This document shows, piece by piece, positions 54,381 to 58,309 of a stretch of 58,309 nucleotides of DNA. The notes beneath the pieces are model-generated. The model was given only the letters and a program-made list of their open reading frames with translations. It ran no database searches and was not told where the DNA came from. The translations under genes and the position numbers were made by a program. Each line of letters starts with the position of its first letter. Within the stretch, counting starts at the first letter, position 1. The stretch is from NCBI GenBank assembly GCA_041476685.1, contig JBGOTW010000001.1:1-58309 (forward strand), read 5' to 3'. The stretch is from a bacterium. GTDB lineage: Bacteria; SAR324; JACQKK01.

Positions 54381-54535
54381 GCCGTGCTCCTGGGGTCGAA
54401 TCCGGATGGCGGGCGCCGCAATGCAGGCGCGCGTCCGCTCCTGCTGTCCGGCAAGCGGCATCGGTTAGAAATGCACCTTATCCGACGAGCGCTCCGGCTC
54501 ACAAGCAAGCCGCCGCGCTGTGACGAAAGCGCAAC

Positions 54536-55777
54536 ATGAACCCGGAGCTGAACGCGGAGGTCGTCATTGTCGGCGCCGGCGTCTCCGGCCTGGCACTGGC
54601 CCTGCACCTGGGACAGCGGGGCCACGCGGTCTGCCTTGTGGACAGGACGCCCGCCCCGCGGGACAAGGTCTGCGGCGAAGGCATCATGCCGCTGGGGCTG
54701 CGCTGCCTGGACGCCCTCGGTTTCGATGCGCGCACCTTGCCGGGCGCCGATTTCGACGGGCTCGACTACTTTGCTTCGAACGGATCGTCGGGTGGCACCG
54801 GACTGCTGCGCCACCGGCTGCGCTTTCCCCAGGGCGTGCGGGGTCGGGGGGTGCGCCGGACACGCCTCCTGGCGGCCCTGGAGCGGGCCGCGCTCGCCTG
54901 TCCCACGGTACGCCTCGAGGTGGACGAGGTGCGCGGCGTGGAGTGGCGAGACGGGCGCGTGGACGCGCTGCGAGGGCGGCAAGCCCGCTACCGCGCCGCG
55001 GTTCTGGTTGCCGCCGACGGGGTCAATTCCCGCCTGGCCCGCTGGTGCGAGGCGGGCACGCGGCGCTTTGGGGAGCGGTTGGCGCTGCGGCGGCACTACC
55101 GGCTGCCGCGGGGAGCGATGCCCGCGCGCGTGCAGGTCGGGCTGTTCGGCGGCCACGACGTGTACCTGACGCCCGTGGGGCCCGACGAGGTGCTGGCCAC
55201 GACCCTCACCCATCGCGCCGGGTTTCTCGCGGCCCGGCGCGATTACGACGCCTTCCTGCGCGGCGGTCCGTTCGGGACGCTGTTCGCCGCGGCCGAGCCG
55301 GTGTCCGAGTGCCTGGAGTGGTACCACCCGCTCTTTTATGCGCGGCGGTATGTCGCAGGCGGCGTCTTTCTGGTGGGCGACGCGGGCGGCGGTATCGATC
55401 CCTGCCTGGGCATGGGCATGTCCCTGGCGCTGCACACGGCTGTCGCGGCGGGGGATGCCATTGCCGCCGCGCTGCGCGATGGCGGCAGGCTGGGCGCTGC
55501 CGGCGCGCTGCGCGATGCCGGTGCGCTGCGCGATGCCGAGCGCGCCTTTGCGCGTGAGCGCGGACGGTTGTTTCTTCATTACCACCATTTTGGTAGAGTC
55601 TTTCGCGTCCTTGTCGGTTCCCCCCGTGGGGCCCGCGTGCTGGTACGGACGATGGGCTGCCTGCCACGGATGGCGGATCGGGTGCTGGCGATCGTGGCCG
55701 ACCTGCGACCCTGGCGGTCCCTGGGCGCGCGCCGCGCGGCTGGACACTTCATCCCGGAGCAGCGGGCTTTACGATAA
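54536..55777 (+). CDS. FAD-dependent oxidoreductase (geranylgeranyl-reductase / aromatic-ring hydroxylase-like)
   Basis: The dinucleotide-binding motif is VVIVGAGVSGLALALHLGQRGHAVCLVD. KVCGEGI and the GD motif LVGDAGGGIDP are present. The gene contains an in-frame 18-nt repeat. Confidence 0.8.
   Translation: MNPELNAEVVIVGAGVSGLALALHLGQRGHAVCLVDRTPAPRDKVCGEGIMPLGLRCLDALGFDARTLPGADFDGLDYFASNGSSGGTGLLRHRLRFPQGVRGRGVRRTRLLAALERAALACPTVRLEVDEVRGVEWRDGRVDALRGRQARYRAAVLVAADGVNSRLARWCEAGTRRFGERLALRRHYRLPRGAMPARVQVGLFGGHDVYLTPVGPDEVLATTLTHRAGFLAARRDYDAFLRGGPFGTLFAAAEPVSECLEWYHPLFYARRYVAGGVFLVGDAGGGIDPCLGMGMSLALHTAVAAGDAIAAALRDGGRLGAAGALRDAGALRDAERAFARERGRLFLHYHHFGRVFRVLVGSPRGARVLVRTMGCLPRMADRVLAIVADLRPWRSLGARRAAGHFIPEQRALR
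55466..55537. repeat. In-frame tandem repeat, 4 x 18 nt (AALRDG-GRLGAA-GALRDA-GALRDA) in the FAD oxidoreductase gene
   Basis: gccgcgctgcgcgatggc / ggcaggctgggcgctgcc / ggcgcgctgcgcgatgcc / ggtgcgctgcgcgatgcc. Confidence 0.8.
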
Positions 55778-55910
55778 TGAGGCGGGGAGACGGTCTTTCC
55801 CGCGCGGTGGACGGGCGCGTGCCCGCACTCCCGGCGCGCCCTTCCCCCCCGCGGCGAGAGTGGCCGAATGCCCCCTCGCGCCGCGCAGGCAAGTCATCTG
55901 GAGCCAGTAC

Positions 55911-56693
55911 ATGATCGATTTCACAGGCAAGCGCGGCGTGGTGCTCGGCATAGCCAACCAGCGCAGCCTCGCCTACTCGATTTCCCGGCAACTCGACAAG
56001 CTCGGCGCCGAGCTGTGCCTGACGTATGGTCCGGACCTGAAGGGGCGATTCGAGGCCAACGTGCGGGAACTGTCCGCGGACATGCGCGTCACGCAGATCC
56101 TGCCGGTGGACGTGCAGAAGGACGAGGACATCGCCGGCCTCTTCCGCGCGCTCGGCCAGGCCTGGGGCGCGCTGGACTTCATCGTGCACTCCGTCGCCTA
56201 CGCCGACCGCGCGGACCTCGAGCGTCCCTTCTCCGGCACGTCGCGGGAGGGCTGGCGCCTCGCGCAGGACGTCTCCGCGTACTCCATCGTGCCCCTCGCG
56301 CACCATGCCGCGCCCCTGATGAAGAAGGCCGGCGGCGGGGCCATCGTCGGGATGACCTTCATCGGCTCGGTGCTCGCCGTGCCCAACTACCACGTGATGG
56401 GGCCGGCCAAGGCCGCGCTGGAATCCGCGGTGCGCTACCTCGCGCGCGAGCTGGGGCCGGACAACATCCGCGTCAATTCCGTCTCCGCCGGGGCCGTGCG
56501 CACGCTGTCCTCCTCGGGCATCAAGGCCTTCGGGGAAATGCTGAAAGTGGCCGGTGAGCACGCCGCGCTGCAGCGCAACGTCACGCAGGAGGAGATTGCC
56601 CAGGCCACCGCGTTCCTGCTCAGCCCCGCGGCCGGAGGCATCACCGGCCAGTGCCTGTACGTGGACTGCGGCTACAACATCATGGCAAACTGA
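55911..56693 (+). CDS. fabI: Enoyl-[acyl-carrier-protein] reductase (NADH), FabI type
   Basis: GKRGVVLGIANQRSLAYSI, HSVAYA, the catalytic region YHVMGPAKAALES, and IRVNSVSAGAVRT. Confidence 0.95.
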   Translation: MIDFTGKRGVVLGIANQRSLAYSISRQLDKLGAELCLTYGPDLKGRFEANVRELSADMRVTQILPVDVQKDEDIAGLFRALGQAWGALDFIVHSVAYADRADLERPFSGTSREGWRLAQDVSAYSIVPLAHHAAPLMKKAGGGAIVGMTFIGSVLAVPNYHVMGPAKAALESAVRYLARELGPDNIRVNSVSAGAVRTLSSSGIKAFGEMLKVAGEHAALQRNVTQEEIAQATAFLLSPAAGGITGQCLYVDCGYNIMAN

Positions 56694-57103
56694 CCTTCGT
56701 GGACGTCACCGACCGCTCCTACGCCGAAGGCCGCGTCCTCGACTTCGAGAGCGAGGACAAGATCGGCACCGCGCTGCTGCGCACCTTTCCCTACGAGGGC
56801 CCGCGCCAGCGCATCACCTACGAAACCGCCGAGTTCTCGGCGGTGTGCCCGTTCTCCGGCCTGCCCGACTACGGCAAGCTCAAGCTCGAGTACATTCCCG
56901 CCCGGCTCATCGTCGAGCTGAAGTCGCTCAAGTACTACATCGTCTCCTTTCGCCCGGTCGGCATCTTCCAGGAGCCCGCCACGGCGCGCGTGTACCGCGA
57001 CCTGTGGGCCTTGTTGCAACCCCAATGGCTTTGTGTGACAACCGCCTACAATACCCGCGGGGGGATCGACGCGACTTGCGAAGTGCGCTCGGACGCCCAG
57101 TAG
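56651..57103 (+). CDS. queF: NADPH-dependent 7-cyano-7-deazaguanine (preQ0) reductase, unimodular type I
   Basis: EFSAVCPFSGLPDYGKLKLEYIP (catalytic Cys), the QueF motif VELKSLKYYIVSFR, and a TTAYNTRGGI tail. The start is ambiguous: the GTG at 56651 overlaps fabI by 43 nt, and an alternative in-frame GTG lies at 56699. Confidence 0.85.
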   Translation: MPVRGLRLQHHGKLTFVDVTDRSYAEGRVLDFESEDKIGTALLRTFPYEGPRQRITYETAEFSAVCPFSGLPDYGKLKLEYIPARLIVELKSLKYYIVSFRPVGIFQEPATARVYRDLWALLQPQWLCVTTAYNTRGGIDATCEVRSDAQ

Positions 57104-57237
57104 CCGCGCGGTCCGGGCGGCCACGCCGGTGCCGGCGCGGCAGGGAGCGCGGGTGCCCAGGGCGGGCGGCACGCCCAAGCGGGCCGGCGTCCCGCGCGGA
57201 ACGGATTCCCACGCGAGACGGCGCGCCGGGGAGCAGC

Positions 57238-57972
57238 ATGGCCATCCGAGTCCTCGTCAATGGCGCGAAGGGCCGCATGGGCGGCCAGATCGTGCAGGCC
57301 GTGCGCGCCGACCCGGAGCTGGAGCTGGCCGGCATGGCCGACCTCGGCGACGATCTGACCCGGATGATCCGCGAAGGGCGGGCGCAGGTGGTGGTGGACT
57401 TCACGGCGCCCTCCGCCGCCTTCGGCAACGCGTCGGCGATCGTCGCGGCGGGCGTGCATCCCGTCGTCGGCACGACCGGGTTCAAGGCCGCGGAGATCCA
57501 GACGCTGCAGGAGCGCTGCCGGGAGCGCAAGCTGGGCGGATTGATCGCGCCGAACTTCGCCCTGGGCGCCGTGCTGATGATGCGCTTCGCGGCCGAGGCG
57601 GCGCGCCACCTGCCCTACGTGGAGATCATCGAGCTGCACCACGACGGCAAGGCCGAGGCGCCGAGCGGGACGGCGATCAAGACCGCCGAGATGATCCAGG
57701 CCGCGCGGCCGCAGGCGCCCAAGCTCCAGGTCGAGTCGAAGGAGCTGGCCCCGGGTGCGCGGGGAACGAACGCGTGGAGCGTGCCGATCCACTCGGTGCG
57801 CCTGCCCGGCCATGTCGCGCACCAGGAGGTGATCCTGGGCGGCCTGGGCGAGACGCTGCGCATCCGGCACGATACCATCAGCCGCGAGAGCTTCCTGCCC
57901 GGCGTGCTGCTCGGCATCAAGAAGGTCGTCGGCCTCAAGGAGCTGGTGTACGGGCTGGAGCACCTGCTCTGA
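57238..57972 (+). CDS. dapB: 4-hydroxy-tetrahydrodipicolinate reductase
   Basis: IRVLVNGAKGRMG (NAD(P) motif), VVDFTAP, GTTGF, APNFALGAVLMM and EIIELHHDGKAEAPSGTA are DapB hallmarks. Confidence 0.95.
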   Translation: MAIRVLVNGAKGRMGGQIVQAVRADPELELAGMADLGDDLTRMIREGRAQVVVDFTAPSAAFGNASAIVAAGVHPVVGTTGFKAAEIQTLQERCRERKLGGLIAPNFALGAVLMMRFAAEAARHLPYVEIIELHHDGKAEAPSGTAIKTAEMIQAARPQAPKLQVESKELAPGARGTNAWSVPIHSVRLPGHVAHQEVILGGLGETLRIRHDTISRESFLPGVLLGIKKVVGLKELVYGLEHLL

Positions 57973-58004
57973 CGGCCCGCCCGAGGCCTCAAGGGGAATG
58001 GCCC

Positions 58005-58309
58005 ATGAAACGCACCCGCGGAGAGACAGCGAGCCGGACCGCGGGAACGGGCGCCTCCCGCGCGGCCCGGGTGCAGGGCATGCCCTGGCCGGACCGCGAC
58101 TACACCTCCGACGTGCTGGCCTTCCTGAAGGAAACCCACGGCAACATCCGCCGCGACGAGGCCGGCGACTACTACTACAACTCGGTCTCCACCATCTCGC
58201 TGCACTTCCTGCTCCAGTCGAGCCTGCCGGCGCAGGAGGTGCTCTGGCGCTGGTACCTGCACTTCGACCGCGGCCGCTCGGAATCCATCTACCAGACGCT
58301 GCCGCCCCA
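58005..58309 (+). CDS. Hypothetical protein, 3'-truncated by the window edge
   Basis: The ATG at 58005 lies 8 nt after AAGGGGA. The frame is open to the window end (101 codons) with strong GC3 bias (..DYTSDVLAFLKETHGNIRRDEAGDYYYNSVSTISLHFLL..). It is not in the ORF track because no stop is reached. I do not recognise the family. Confidence 0.5.
   Translation, partial: MKRTRGETASRTAGTGASRAARVQGMPWPDRDYTSDVLAFLKETHGNIRRDEAGDYYYNSVSTISLHFLLQSSLPAQEVLWRWYLHFDRGRSESIYQTLPP

Overview
This is a 58.3-kb, GC-rich bacterial chromosomal segment (about two-thirds G+C by eye; nothing was computed). I call about 51 protein-coding genes, mostly housekeeping or catabolic.

Gene content, in order:
- A 5'-truncated MmgE/PrpD-like gene, a peptidase-C45 acyltransferase, a LivHMGF-type ABC importer with a Tat-signal binding protein, and an M20D amidohydrolase.
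- Hydantoinase/oxoprolinase A and B plus a PuuE-like deacetylase.
- Crotonases, aroQ, an Fe-ADH and a type II haloacid dehalogenase.
- A NitT/TauT-type ABC importer.
- A crotonase, a FadB-like fusion protein and a cyclase.
- folD and maeB.
- A CoA-transferase / CitE(malyl-CoA-lyase-like) / CoA-transferase triad.
- An SDR, an amidohydrolase-2, a VOC protein and a ThDP enzyme.
- A ParF-like ATPase with a Trm112-like gene, HU, a GGDEF cyclase, cobB and prc.
- An exported protein, an orphan JAMM/MPN protein, cfa, an acyl-CoA dehydrogenase, a FAD oxidoreductase, fabI, queF and dapB.

I found no rRNA, tRNA, CRISPR array, integrase or transposase.

Main observations:
1. A small low-GC islet (about 32.4-33.95 kb) carries an Xre-type antitoxin and an unusually long RES-domain toxin. 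This is a known TA family in an atypical form.
2. A second lower-GC segment (about 35.8-37.9 kb) carries a lipoprotein arylsulfotransferase (ASST).
3. Short tandem-repeat arrays of 12, 15, 16 and 18 nt are very dense at gene boundaries and in frame inside genes. Some arrays at different loci share core motifs.
4. A nested multi-hairpin element lies in the cobB/prc divergent spacer.
5. An iteron-like 15-nt array lies upstream of the Trm112-like/ParF-like gene pair.

I cannot show from sequence alone that any of these is a new biological system. The RES/Xre module and the repeat and hairpin elements are the best leads. Start codons were chosen by eye from RBS position and family-typical N-termini. 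The many very long antisense ORFs in the track are high-GC artefacts.
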